64,000 nt of DNA from the human T2T-CHM13v2.0 reference genome, Homo sapiens, in NCBI RefSeq assembly GCF_009914755.1, contig NC_060938.1, one strand, 5' to 3'. Below are positions 45,001 through 59,212 of this stretch, in pieces (position 1 is the stretch's first letter; every line of letters starts with the position of its first letter). Below the pieces are notes generated by a model that was not told the origin of the DNA, searched no databases, and saw only the letters and a list, made by a program, of their open reading frames with translations. The position numbers were made by a program, and so were the translations under genes.

Positions 45001-48000
45001 GCAAGATGGAGCCAGTTAGGTCAAATCTTTTTTTCACTGTCTCAGTTATAATTTTGCAATGGCGGCTTCATAACTTTAAATCATGACTATCACAGATTTC
45101 ATAAATAATCTAGATAAACAATTAAAATAATTAGGTAATTGTAATGGGATAAATACTTGTAGACAAACTGGTCATAATTTAGAATATAAAGTTAAGTTAA
45201 ATAATAGATATTTCATTATTTGGGTATTTTCCAATACACATATATTGTAGGAAAACATTCTTGCCAAAAAAGTGTCTTTTTTTCTAAAAAAAAAAAAAAA
45301 GAACATGTTTTGTCTAATTCAAAGCTTATTTAAAGTTATATATAAAACAAAGTAAAAGGAACCAGGAAATAAAAAAATGTAAAGAAAGTTGTAAAGAGGT
45401 AGTTTTTGAGGTAAAAAAGAGTTGAAAGAGAAATACTATTATATAAGAAAGAATCCTGTGTAGTAAGTTTAGTCCTAAAATAAAATAACTGGTTGTTTAA
45501 AAAGAAAGGATGTTCAGAACAAATCAGAAAGTCTGACCATGTCATGAACAATGTAAGTTACAATAAGGATTTATATATTTAAAAAATCCAAAAACTTTTA
45601 TATAATAAAGTTGTCACATTAAGTTTTGGTTTACTTAGGAAAAAAACTGAGATTTTTTAAAATTGAAGTTATTACATCCATGTATCTTCCTGTATATGCT
45701 TTCAAAATCCTTGCAACATTGAGTTACAGGGCTTTTTAACTCCTATGTCTAAAAACGAAAACCAATTCCTGCTAAATCTTAAATACCCACAGCAATTAAA
45801 GCCTCATCTTCAGGACCAGTAGAAGATGCCAATTTAAATAAACTGCTGCATTCCTGAGACACAGGGCAGGAAATGAAAGCTATTGAACTCCTCAAGACCA
45901 AGAGACTATTGTGAAAGAGGTGGGAGCATAAGATTGTAAGGGCCGATTTTGAAAGATAAAGTTGGTTCAGTTTCTCTATACATTAATTATTAATGTCAAA
46001 ATCACAATGATGCAAAACCAGTATATGGACCCCTGTGTCAGATTAACAAGGTTTTCTTGAAGCATTTACCAACTCCTTAGTACAGGTTATAAAAGGCTTA
46101 TGGAAGTTATATTTTATAATCAAGATTACATTTTATAGATTTAGAAAATTTTAAAAAACAAATGTAATTGGCTTCATGCTGTTTTTATTAGGGCTTCTTG
46201 TTTAAAAAATTAAGTCTCCTGTCTCAAAGGATGAAGGTTTTCACTTTTAAAAAATCCTTGAATTATCACTTTGGTTAAATAAATGACTTTACAATGACCT
46301 GTAATCCTATTTTTTAATATCAAGTGTTTTAAACATTTTATATTTGACAAACTTTCCAAAATCAAATTATATATTATGTCTTTTTCCATCCTAAATAGAA
46401 CATTAGTTTCTCTAAAGTCTAAAAATGACATAATTTGGCTTATCTGGTATAAAATTTATACAGGAAAGTACTGTCAGATAAGAAATGGTGTTTGGCTTTC
46501 TTTCATATCCATTTGTATAAATATGTTATTGGTATGTGTTCCAAAATGATGGGAAACTCCTGTAATTCTGATATAACTTAGTGTACATTATTCGTAATAA
46601 TCATAATTGCTATGTTAAAATTATCGTGTGCCACGGAGGTAACACATTCACTTGTCAATTGTATCTTTTAACTATGGCTGCCTTTACTTTTTTTTCATCC
46701 ACAGACGGTTATCTTGTTTTGTCTTGTTTTGTCTTGTTTTAAACCCTCTTTATAAGGTGGGTTTATAATCAGCTGTAGGACTCTTAACAGGTGCACTTAA
46801 ATTCAGGTTTTCTGATAATTTTGGAAATTGTTACATTGGAATAAAGCAAAAAATTTCGGAACTCTCTCATGGAGAGCTGAAATGTTCCTGACTATGAAAC
46901 GGAACAGGAGTTAATTGAAATAACTGAACCAACAGAAAATTGAAGTAATCTTTTTGACTTCTTGCTTAAAACATTGCTGATACTTTGTTTAGTTTTTCAG
47001 AGTTAAGAAAACTTTGTTAGTTGCAGCTTTTAACAATAAAGTATATTCCTGTGAACAAAATTTGGAGCATATTTGTTTTTCTCTACCTAATTTCTCCAGA
47101 ATTTGGAAACTGGGGGTATTCTTAATTTATGGCAATATAGTTATTTGCATAAGTGCAATAAGAATCTGTTTTATTTAGCAATAGGACACAGTTGGAGAAG
47201 TTGGTTATTTTATCAAGGGTTTGACTGAAATGGTGTGCTTTCCTTTAAGGAATCAAACTTGACTTATAGAAGCCAATAAAGCCCGTGGAAAAACTGGCCT
47301 CATATTTTGTGTACACAGTCCCTGTACAGGGTTTTGACCTGTGGTAAATAAAGAATGTCACTTTCTGACAGGTGCAGAAGCCCCAGGTTTATCTTGGAAC
47401 CTCAAGAGGAGAGGAAATTCACTGAAATCATAGGTATTTGATGGCACAAATCCATGGCTGGGCCTGGCTTAAGAAAGTCTTATCTAAGATTCCTCCTATG
47501 GAACAAAGTTCCATCAAAGCCAATTTAAAAGCCTGTGTAAAAAATAATTATTGTTGGTGCACTGTATGCAAATAATTAGACCAAGAATACTAAAGCAAAT
47601 CAGTTCTAACATGATTTATCTTTAGTAAAAATGGAAAACTGGAGAGAGAAAAAATTATGTTTCAAAACCACAGTAGACCTGTTTTTAGATTCTAGTCTTG
47701 CCTAATATTTTTTTCAATTTTTATTATTTTCTACAGTTGGGACCAAATTCTAATTTTTCTTGGCTACAAGTCTTTAATGTTTTCAATTTTTTTTTCAATT
47801 ATTCCTAACTTGGAGTCACTGAAAACTAAGCTGTGCTTTCTTAAAACCCTGTGAACTGAAGCCAGACAAATTAAACTTCAGAAGAAAATAACAGCAACCT
47901 GTTGACATACCTAAGCCACTTTCATACCTGCCTACTGAGGCATGGACTGCAGAGTAATGTGGCTTACATTGATTTTTCCAGGATTGTTCTTTTGTTTGTT

Positions 48001-48637
48001 GTTGTTTTTTCTCACTTCCTCCCCCCTATTTTAACTTCAAAGGATGTGAGACATCACAACCTGCTAAAAATGAGCTTTTGGGACCTACCTCTCTAGGAAT
48101 AAACCCTCCTAGCCATGAGAGATCAGATGAAACCCGAGACCAGAGACTCATTTTCTTGTAAAATGCTTTTTCCAAAAGATTTTTTAAAAAGAAAAGGGGG
48201 GAAATGTGAAAGGAAAATATCTTGGGCCCCTAAAATCGCTAAGGAAAACTCAGGCTGGAATCTGCTTAGGGCCAACCTGCCTCCCATTCTATTCAAAGTC
48301 ACCCCTCTGCTCCCTGAGATAGATGCATACCTGATTGCCTCCTTTGGAGACTAATCAGAAACTCAAAAGAATGTAACCATTTGTGTATCAGTGATCTGTG
48401 ACCTGGAAGCTCCCTCCCTGCTTCCAGTCTTCTGAGTTAGCTTCAACTTGTCACACCTTTCTAGACCAAAGCAATATACTTCTTAGATATATTGATTGAT
48501 GTCTCATGTTTCTCTGAAATGTATAAAACCAAGCTGTGCCCTGACCACCTTGGGCACATGTCATCATGACCCTGAGGCTGTGTCACAAGTGTGTTCTCAA
48601 CCTTGGCAAAATAAACTTTCTAAATTAACTGAGACCT
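42092..48637 (+). mobile_element. MER4A1-type ERV1 provirus (5' LTR 42092-~42553, MER4-int, 3' LTR 48205-~48637), no intact ORFs
   Basis: Two direct ~450-bp LTRs (aaggaaaactcaggctgga...ttctattcaaagtcacccctctgctc...aaataaactttctaaattaactgagacc); PBS tggtaaccacgagggattc at 42557-42575; polypurine tract aaaaagaaaaggggggaaa at 48186-48204. Confidence 0.88.
43683..44388 (-). mobile_element. Solo LTR8 inserted in the MER4 internal region
   Basis: Ends cgtgacagcccaatg.gttcaccttgccc and tttgcaaaagtggtttca; 4-bp TSD gtac at 43679-43682 and 44389-44392. Confidence 0.82.
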
Positions 48638-51600
48638 TCATTTGAGTTTGCTGCTGGACACCCTCATTGTGTTCGTTGGCCTGTGTTTCTCTGTTAATGC
48701 CTATCACGAATCGCTTGGGTAACTAAAGCTTTGGGAAGTAGTTGAAAGTGGAAGAGTGTGATGGCACTCCACTGACTTTGTATGTGCAGAAACTGCTTTG
48801 GGAATGCAGGGCATTTCATTGTCCCACGGGATTTTTAGTAGTGTGTTGTGATCCTATTTGGAAAACAAAAATAGGACATGGTCTATGTTTTTATTTAAAG
48901 GGTGCAATGGACCTTTTTACATGAATCAATGAAACTACAGGACCTAGCATCTGTTTCATGCTACAGTGAGGATTTCTTGATGGAGAGAGCATTCCAAATC
49001 CTTTCCAGCAATATTGAATATTATGCTATGATATTGTTAAGCCTAGTCACCCTGCTGTGCTGTAGAACACCAGAGTACCTGTGCCTCATCTGAGCATCCC
49101 TTTGTAGCCATTTCCAATCCTCCTCCGAGCCTCTGGTACCCACTGTTGACATTGCTACTGTATGAGATTCACTTTGTTAGATTCCACGTGCATGAGATTG
49201 CACAGTATTTGTGTTTGTCTTCCTCTGCCTGGCTCATGTTTTTTAACTTAATGCCCTCCAGGTTTCTCCATCTTGCTGGTAGTGAACTGATGTCCGGAAG
49301 TTTGATGGCCGAAGAGTATACCGTTGTGCATATATCCTTCAATTCCTGATTTTATCATCGGTAGAAAGACAAGTAGGTTGATTCCCCACCTTGGTTATTG
49401 TTCAGAGTACTTCATGAAACATGGGAAGGGAGATACCTCCTTAAGGTAGGTTTCCTTGGCTTTGCAGGTATACCCAGTGTTGGGATGGCTAGAGGAACTG
49501 GTGGTTGTGTTGTTAATTGTTTCAGAAAACTCCAGCTGTTTCCCAGTGGGTATACAAATTTGCATTCAAACCAGTAGTATGTAATAGTTCCTCTGTCTGC
49601 AAATCTACACTGCCCTTATCTTCCAAAGTTTTATTGCTGTTTCTGGTCATACTCGTTCTCTGGGGAGAAACTCTTCTGATGTGGAGAAACTTCTGTTACC
49701 TGAGAGGCTGTTTCAGGTTTTTTCAGAAATGCCTATGCCAGTCTTTTGGGCATTTTTAGTATTGGTTTTTGTCCACTTAGGTGTGACAAGCATTGTATAT
49801 TGGTTTTTGTCCACTTAGGACCATTAGTTTCTTGAATATGTTAGATAAGAAGCCCTTCCAGATCCACAGTTTTCCATAATTTTCTCCCAGTCTGTAGGAT
49901 GTTTTCTGTTGGGTTCACTGTTTTCTCTCCAGTGTTGAAGCTGTGTGAAGCTCTGAAGTTGTCCTTAGTTTCACATGGTCACATTAGCTTTTCTTAGTGG
50001 TGATTTCTGTGTCCCTTTGAGGAGAAAAGCAAGATGGTGAAGCCATTATGTATGGTCTATGTGTATTTGGTTCCTATGTCTTCGTTTTCTGCTTGTAGCT
50101 GAGGTTCACAGGTTCAAGTTTCCCCACAGTAGACACACACCCTATGCGTTTTCCTTGGAGATTTTGGTTTCAGGATTGAACTTAGGTGTTCAGTAGATTT
50201 TGTGTCACTTTTTGTGTCTTGGGTAAAGGAAGGGTTCGGTCCTTTACACGTGACCCCCACCCCCCCCACAGTTTCCTCAACCATTGTGCCTTTGGTGTGC
50301 TTTTGGGGTAAAAGCAAGAATCCCATGGGTTCAGTGTTTATAACTGTGGGTTGATTATTTGGCTCCTTCGTTGTGTCCATTCTGTTATCTTTCTGTGTTC
50401 ATGCCACTAAGAGGATGGATTGGGTCACCGTAGGCTTTTTGTTTTGTTTTGTGTGTTTTCTTCCTTTTTTCTATTTTTATTTCCAAAGCTGGGTTTTCTA
50501 AAATGATAGCTACTTTTATTGTGATCAAGGGGTACGCCTGCAGGTTCACTTCACTACATGGCTATACAGTAGAATTTTGATGCTTGAGGTCCTAACGTAC
50601 CTGTCGTCCAGGCAGTGAACACAGCACCAGTTGGGTCTTTCTTCCTCCAAGGCTCCCTGTCTCCCTTCTTTTTCTGTCTGGTAGTACCCAACGTCTGTTG
50701 ATTTCATATTGATGTTGATGTGCATTGGGTGTTGAGCTTCCACTTATAAATGAGAACCTGCAGTGTTTGGTCTTCTGTTCTTGCCTCAGTTGCTTAGCAG
50801 AGTGGCCTCCAGTTCCACCCATGTTCCTACTGAGGGCATGGTTTTGTTTCTGTGTTTGATTTTCCTTAGTGGTTTTTTCAGCATTCTGTGATGTATAGGT
50901 ACCACATTTTAAAAAATCCAATTTTCTGTTGGTGGGCATCTAGGTCAGTTCCACATCTTTATTCCTGTCAGTAACACTCCCGTGGACATGTGAGTGTCTG
51001 TGTCCTTTTGATAGATGCATGTGTTTTTCCCTGGGGTAGACGCACCGGGTGGGATTGCTGCGTCAAAGCGTAGCTCTGCTTTCTGTCCTTTTTTTTTTCC
51101 AGAAATCTTCAGACTGATTTCCACAGTTTGAGATCTAGTTTGCATTACCTCCAAGAGAATAGCCATGTTTGCTTTTCTCTGCTGCCACACCAGCATGTTA
51201 TGTTTTGACTTAGGACAAATGGCCACTCTGACCAGCGTGTGATGGCACCGGTACCTCATCTCTGATGATTGGTGATGTTGAGCATTCCCCACGCCTGTTG
51301 GAATGGCAATCCCTTGGAAATGTCTTCTCAATAGTTACTACCCATAGGTATGTTGCTCAGGCCACTGTGTGGCCCCAGCACTTGGTTTGCATAGGGACTT
51401 GGGGATTGTTTGTCATCATTAGCCGGGACAAATGTTACACTGCTGTTCCTACAGTGAGTAGTGGGAGTGGCGTATGGGGGCATATGCTTATGTCCACAGT
51501 TCCATCAGAAATCCCACTGCCTTAAGACAGTCTTACGGAAACCGAGTCCCAGCCTTGCAGCACCGGGTAGCCCTGTGGCATTTTGACATTGAGTGTGTCT

Positions 51601-54076
51601 GCATTGTTGAAGTCACTCAGCATGTTGCCATGCGTTTATCCACTTAGGTCAACGTTAAGGGAAGTTCATCGCCTCTGCTTCTTCAGTAACTGATGTCTGG
51701 TGCATCAACTGAATGCATTTCAGGCTTTTCAGCAGTTCCCCCAGATCTATGGGTAAAAAAAGGTTTTCACCATGCCCACCTCCCCAGTGAGTGACCAATG
51801 TCTCATTGTTAATGCATCTGATGCACAGAGTTTAGTGGTCTGAGGGAGGTCAGTCGCCAAGCGGAGATTGAAATCACATTTGTATTTACATTATTACTTT
51901 TCTACAGTTTGGTTTGTTGCAGGCTTTCACACTACTAATCTGGGCTGAATCCTTGAATTACTTTGTCTACCAAGGGTTTCAAAGAACTTGATAAACTTGT
52001 TCTAATTAGCCAACATATTCATCCATGTTGTCCGTATACCAGGTGTAAAAATAAAACGTTTCTTAATGCACACAGGACATGGAAGGCAATCTACACATTT
52101 TCAGGTGTAGACTTTGCTTGTGACTCTTTTGTGAGGAATAGTCATTGTTACTTTAGGAAAACCCTGAGTTTATCCAACTCTTGTTAGAATTGGATAAGTG
52201 TAAAAACCTACAATAGAATGCAAGTGTGAGAGCCAATTCCTCTGGTAAAATAAACTCATATTATTATTTATATATGTCTGGTCATTGTATTAATAAAATC
52301 AGTTTGTTTTGGCTGAAACACATGGTTGGCCTTTACAATAGATGTGAAAATGGGCTTATAGATCATTGCTCTTTATTGTGAATATTAGGTTGTATTTATT
52401 GCCAAACTCTTTCAACAGCTTCTAAGCAGTGAATTTTCAGTGCATTGTTGTTGTTCTCCAAGTACAAGCAGCCACTTCAGTTTTACCACATTCATCTTCC
52501 ACACACTGATGAACCATATGGAGGCAGCAGGAATTGAAGTAGAACCAGAGGGAGTAGTTAGGACAGACATTCTGATTCATTCATTCTGATTCTCACTATT
52601 GTCAGTGAGTAAAGGTTCATTGAATTTTTCTTCTGATGAATAAAATGGTCAGTTTTCTCAGTGCAATGGCTTACTTTTGGAAGAGCAGCTCTAAAGACTT
52701 TACTACTGATTAGTAAAGTCTAAACTGCTTTCTGTATTTTTTTTTAAATTCAACTTTTATTTTAGATTGAATAAAAATGTGCAGGTTTATTGTGTGATAC
52801 TGAGTTTTGGGGTACGATTGAAGCCATCACTAAGGTAATGAGCATCTCACCTTCTCCTTCTGTTCACTCTGTTACAGAGAACAGACCCTCCCAGTCTTCA
52901 GTGCACTCTAAATACTGGCTAATTCTGGCCAATGGAAGGCATCTGTGGAAGAAAAAAGCCTCAGATCATGTGCTATCTGTCTTTATTCAGTGTGACATAT
53001 TAGGTAATGGTCACAGACACTCACCATGGCCCCAGTTTTTAATAACATGACCCTGCTTTTGTGTTCCAGTAACTTCTGTTGTTTTCCCAATCCTAAGTAT
53101 GATAGAAACTTCCTGCTGCTGCTAATCTCTGGGTTCCATTTAAAATCCTTCCATCACATGAATACTATGCTGTGTTCTAAATTTTTCCATAATTAAATAC
53201 TTACAATTATTTTTGCCTACTTCTTTTGCCCCTTAGTGATATGTTTTAAAAACACTTATAATGTGTCACAATATATTTAGCAAATGTAGGGAATGACATT
53301 TTTACTTTCGTCAGCATTTACACTAGCATTTATGGAGCGATGCTATATAAAGTATTTTTAGTAATTTAAACGTTATATAACAGATATCCGTTGATTCCTT
53401 TGTTTCTAAGTAAATAAGTATACTTGAGATATTCAGTAAACAGTATTGAATACATGTTTCATTTGTATAATATAAAATTATGATTATTCTTTTTAAACAG
53501 TACATCATATTTGCTTGTTGGCTTTATGATAACTTAGAAATAATATTCTGGATTAACTGTGTGACTCATGAGAAGATTTGTGCAACTATGTTTCCAAATT
53601 TACTTGATTTTCAAGACTTACACTAGAACCGTGAGAACAGGGTAATAAATAAGCATATGTATTAATATCACCTTTGGTCAACTCTTGGGTAGCCCCAACG
53701 GTAGTGTAGGAATTAACGTAATTTTTCCTACTAAAAGTATTGGATTTGTTTTGAGAGACCACAGTTGAAAATCATTGACATACAAAGTTTAAAAATTGTT
53801 AGGTTAAAAAATTTTAAATGCATTTGAAGTGGTTTTATAGAAAAATAATTATCTAACTTGGTTTATATTGACAGGTTGTTTTCTTGGATAAGAACTAGAC
53901 GAAGAGAAAGGGAGATTAGTGATAAATGTCCAGGTTTTCAAGTTGAAAAGTAACAATCAGTGTATTACAACAGATGGATGTGATGTCAAATTACAAATGC
54001 TGAAAACGTTATATGTAATCATGTAGCCAGAGTAATCATACAAGGCAAAGAACGGAAAGGCATCCAAATAGGAAAG

Positions 54077-54332
54077 AGGCTGGAATGCAGTGGCACCATC
54101 TCAGCTCACTGCAACCTCCGCCTCCGGGTTCAAGTGCTGCTCCTGCCTCAGTCTCCCAAGTAGCTGGGACTACAGGTGCGTGCCACCACGCCCGGCTAAT
54201 TTTTGTATTTTTTTAGTAGAGACAGGGTTTCACCATATTGGCCAGGCTAGTCTCAAACTCCCGATCTCGTGATCCACACACTTCGGCCTCCCAAAGTGCC
54301 GGGATTACAGGCATGAGCCACCGTGCCCAGCC
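54077..54332 (-). mobile_element. AluS element lacking its tail (copy 2 only)
   Basis: Begins abruptly at aggctggaatgcagtgg with no poly(T); ends gtgcccagcc. Confidence 0.88.
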
Positions 54333-55602
54333 AATATAGAGATAATCTTAAAGACTCCATAAAAAAGAAAAAAAGTGTTAAAGCTGATAAACGCATTGAA
54401 AGTTGAGAGTTACAAAATTAACATACAAATAGTATTCTTGTTTCTATACACCAATGACAAACTGTTAACTGAAAAACAAATGAATAAAGTAATTCATTTG
54501 ATAATAGCATCATAACATATATAAGTAAATAAAAGACTAAGGAGTAATTTTAATGAAGGATGTGAAATATTTGTATACTGAAAATTTATAGCATTGTTGA
54601 AAGAAATTGAAAGTGACATAAGTAGAAAAACATCCCATATTTATGGATTTGAAAAATTAATATCGTCAAAATTTCAATGCTACCGAAAGCAATCTACAGA
54701 TTAATGCAATCACTGTCAAAATCCCATGCCATTCTTCACAGAAATAGAAAAATTAGTCCTAAAATCTGAGTGGAACCACAAAAGACTCTGAAAAACCAAA
54801 GCAATCTTGAGCAAAAAGAACAAAGCCAGAGGCATCAGGCTACTTGATTTTAAACAATATTAAAAAGTTATAGTACTTAAAACAGCATAGCACTAGCATA
54901 AAAACAGACACCTAGACCAGTGTGAAGGAATGTAGAACCTGTAAATAAATCCATGTGTCTGTGGTCCGTTGATTTTTGATAAAAGGACAAAGAATACACA
55001 ATGTGGAAAGAAAATTCTCTTCAATAAATAATGTAGAGAAAAACTGACTATTCACATACAGAAGAATAAAATTGGATTGTTATTTCACTCTTTATACCAA
55101 CATCAAGTAGCAATGCATGAAAGACTTAAATATAAACCTGAAACCATAAAACCGCTACAAGCAAAGACAGGAGAAAACCATATGACAGTGGCCTCAGCTA
55201 TGATTTTCTACAGATGACCCCAAAAAGTACAGGCAACAAAAGCAAAAATACACGAACGAGATGCCATAAAACTAAGAAGCTTCTCTGCACAGCAAAAGAA
55301 ACAGTAATAGATTGAAGAGACAACCCACAAATGGGAAGAGAATGTTTTTAAACCATATCTCAGGTAAGGGGTTCATACCAATAATATGTAAGGAACTCAA
55401 CCCAGAAATGAGAAAACAAGCTTACTAAAAAATAAGTAAAGGAGTTGAATAGACATTTTCTAAAAACAGACATACAAAAGGCCAGATTTTTATCAAAAAT
55501 GTTGATAAAAAACATCAACATTCCTAATTATCAGAGAAATAGATGTCAAAACCATGAAGATATTATCTCACAGATGTTACTGAGGTTATTATAAAAAAGA
55601 TG

Positions 55603-55908
<306 letters not shown>

Positions 55909-56909
55909 TAAAAAATGATGGAAGATAACTATTGATTAGAATGTGGAGAAAACGGTTGTACACTGTTGGTCGGAATTGAAATTATTACCACCATCTTGGA
56001 AAATAGTATGAAGCTTTCTCAAGAAATTATAAATATATTTACATTATGATTCATCAATGCCTCTTCTGGATATACGTCTGAAGAACTTAAAATCAGTATG
56101 TCAAAGAGACATCTGCAATTTCATGTTCATTGCAGAGTTATTCATAATAGCTGTGATTTAGAAACAACCTAAGTGTTTATCAACTGAAGAATGGATTAAA
56201 AATATGTGAAAATTTGAAACCCTTATACACTGCTGATGAGAGTTTAAAACAGTCTGGCAGTTCTTCAAGAGGATAAGTATAGAATTACCATATGACTCAG
56301 TAAATTAACTCCTATGTATACACCAAAAAGAAATGAAAACAAATGTCTACTCAAAAGGTAGCATACAAGTACTTACAGCAACAAAAAGTGGGAAGCAACA
56401 GAAATGTCCATGAATTGCAGAGTGGATTAATAAAATGTGGTCTGTCCATGAAATACAATAGTATTTGGCAATAAAAAAGAAAAAGGTATTAATATACATG
56501 CTTCAAAAAGGATGAACGTTAAAAACATAAGTGAAAGCAGTGGGTCACACGTAACTATGTATTATTATGATTCCATTTACATGAAATGTCCGGAACAGGC
56601 AAATCCTTCCAGAGTAGGCAAATCCTTAGTTAGGAAGTGGGTGGATGGTTGCCTAGGGCTGGGAGGGGTTTCAAGGAAGTGGAGAAAATGGGAAAAGATT
56701 GCTAATGAGTGCAAGGTTTCTTTTAAGGAGCATAAAAATGTTCTAAAATTATATTGTGATTGTTTATCCACCCAGTTAATACACTAACAAATTGAAATGT
56801 ACACTTTAAATGAGTGAATTAAATAACGTATAAATTACATCTCAATGAACTTGTGAAGAAAGTTAAAAAATATGTGATGCATACACAGATACACAAAAAC
56901 TTATTGTAT

Positions 56910-59212
56910 TTTTTTATTTCCATAGGTTTTTGGGGAACAGGTGGTGTTTGATTATATGAGTAACTCCTTTAGAGGTGATTAGTGAGATTGTGGTGCACCC
57001 AACACCTGAGCGGAATACGCTGTATCCAATTTGTAGTCTTTTATTCCTCACCCGCCTCCCACCGTTTCCCCCAAGTCCCCAAAGTCCACTGTAGTATTCT
57101 AATGCCTTTGCATCCTCATAGCTTCGCTCCCACTTGCGAGTGAGAGCAAACTGTGTTTGGTTTTCCATTCTTAAGTTACTTGACTTAGAATAGTAATCTC
57201 TGATCTCATCCAGGTTGCTGTGAATGCCATTATTTTTTTCCTTTTTATGGCTGTGTGTGTGTGTGTATATATTATATCGATAATATATATATATAATAAT
57301 TTCTTAATCTACTCATTGATTGATGGGCATCTGGGCTGGTTACATATTTCTGCAGTTGTGAATTGTGCTGCTATAAACATGCGTGTACAAGTATCTTTTT
57401 CACATAATGACTTCTTTTCCTCTGGTAGATAACCCAGTAATGGAATTGCTGGATTAAACGGTAGTTCTACTTTTAGTTCTTTAAGAAATTTCCACGCAGT
57501 TTACTGTAGTGGTTGTACTAGTTTACATTCCCACCAGCGGTGTAAAAGTGTTCTTTTTTCACCATATCCCCACCCACATTTATTATTTTTTGATGTTTTC
57601 ATTATGGCCATTCTTGCCAGGAGTAAGGTGGCATGGCATTGTGGTTTTGATTTGCATTTCCCTGATCATTAGTGATGATGAGCATTTTTTCATGTTTGTT
57701 GCCCATTTTTATATTTTCTTTTGAGAATGGTATATTCAAGTCCTTAGCCCATTATTCAAAGGGATTGTTTTTTTTCCTGCTGAGTTCTTTGTGGATTCTG
57801 GATATTAGTCCTTTCTTAGATGTATAGATTGTGAAGATTTTCTCCCATTCTGTGGGTTGTCTGTTTACTCTGCCAATTGTTTCTTTTGCTGTGCAGAAAC
57901 TTTGTGGATTAATTAAGTCTCACCTGTTTATCTTCATTTTGTTGTCGTGCTTGCTTTTGGGTTCTTGGTCATGAAGTCTTTGCCCAAGCCAATGTGTAGA
58001 AGGGTTTTTCCAATGTTATCTTATAGAATTTTTATGGTTTCAGGTCTCAGATTTAAGTTGACTTTTGTATAAGGTAAGAGATGGGGATCCAGTTTCATTT
58101 TTTGGCATGTGGTTTGCCAGTTTTCCAAGCACCATATGTTGAATAGGGTGTCCTTTCCCCACTTTGTTTTTGTTTGCTTTGTCAAAGACCAGTTGGCTGT
58201 AAGTATTTGGGTTTATTTCTGGGTTCTCTATTCTGTTTCATTGGTCTATGTCCTTATTTTTATACCAGTATTATACTGTTTTGCTAACTATGGCCTTGTA
58301 GTATAGATTGAAGCCAGGTAATGTAATGCCTCCAGATCTGTTCTTTCTGCTTAGGCTTGCTTTGGCTATGCAGGCTCTTTTTTGGTTCCATATGAATTTT
58401 CGAATTATCTTTTCTAGTTCTGTGAAGAATGATGGTGATATTTTGATGGAAATTGCTTTCAAATTGTAAACTGCTTTTGGCGTTATGGTCATTTTTACAA
58501 TATTGATTTTACCCATCTATGAGCATGAGAGGTGTTTCCATTTGTTTGTGTCATCTGTGATTTCTTTCAGCAGTGTTTTGTAGTTTTCTTTGTAGAGGTC
58601 TTTTATACTTCCTTGTTAGGTATATTCCTAAGTGTTTTATTTTATTTTTTTGCAGGTATTGTAAAAGGGATTGAATTCTTGATCTGATTCTCAGCTTGCA
58701 CATCATTGGTGTATAGCAGATCTATTGATTTGGGTACATTAATTTTGTATCCTGAATTTTTGCTGAAATTATTTATCAGTTTAGGAGCTTTTTGGAGGAG
58801 TCTCTAGGTATACAATCATGTCATCAGCAAACAGTGACAATTTGACTTCCTATTTACCGATCTGGATGCCCTTTATTTCTTTCTCTCATTTGATTGCTCT
58901 GGCTGGGCCTGTCAGTGCTATGTTGAATAGAAGTGGTGAGAGTGGGCATCCTTGTATTTATTGTTCCAGTTCTCAGAGGAAATGCTTCTAACCTTTCCCC
59001 ATTTAGTATTATGTTGGCTGTGGGTTTGTCACAGATGGTTTTTATTACCTGAAGCTATGTCCCTTCTGTGCATTTTTTGCTGAGGGTTTTAATTATAAAT
59101 GGATGCTGGATTTTGTCAAATGCCTTTTCTGTGTTTATTGAGATGATTATGTGACTTTGCTTTTAATTCTGTTTATGTGATTATCACACTTATTGACTTG
59201 CCTGTGTTAAAC
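56910..59212 (-). mobile_element. L1PB1-like element (copy 2, longer)
   Basis: Same 3' end as 34495. ORF 58271-58516 (-) translates as L1 ORF2 ([18 protein letters not shown]). Confidence 0.85.
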
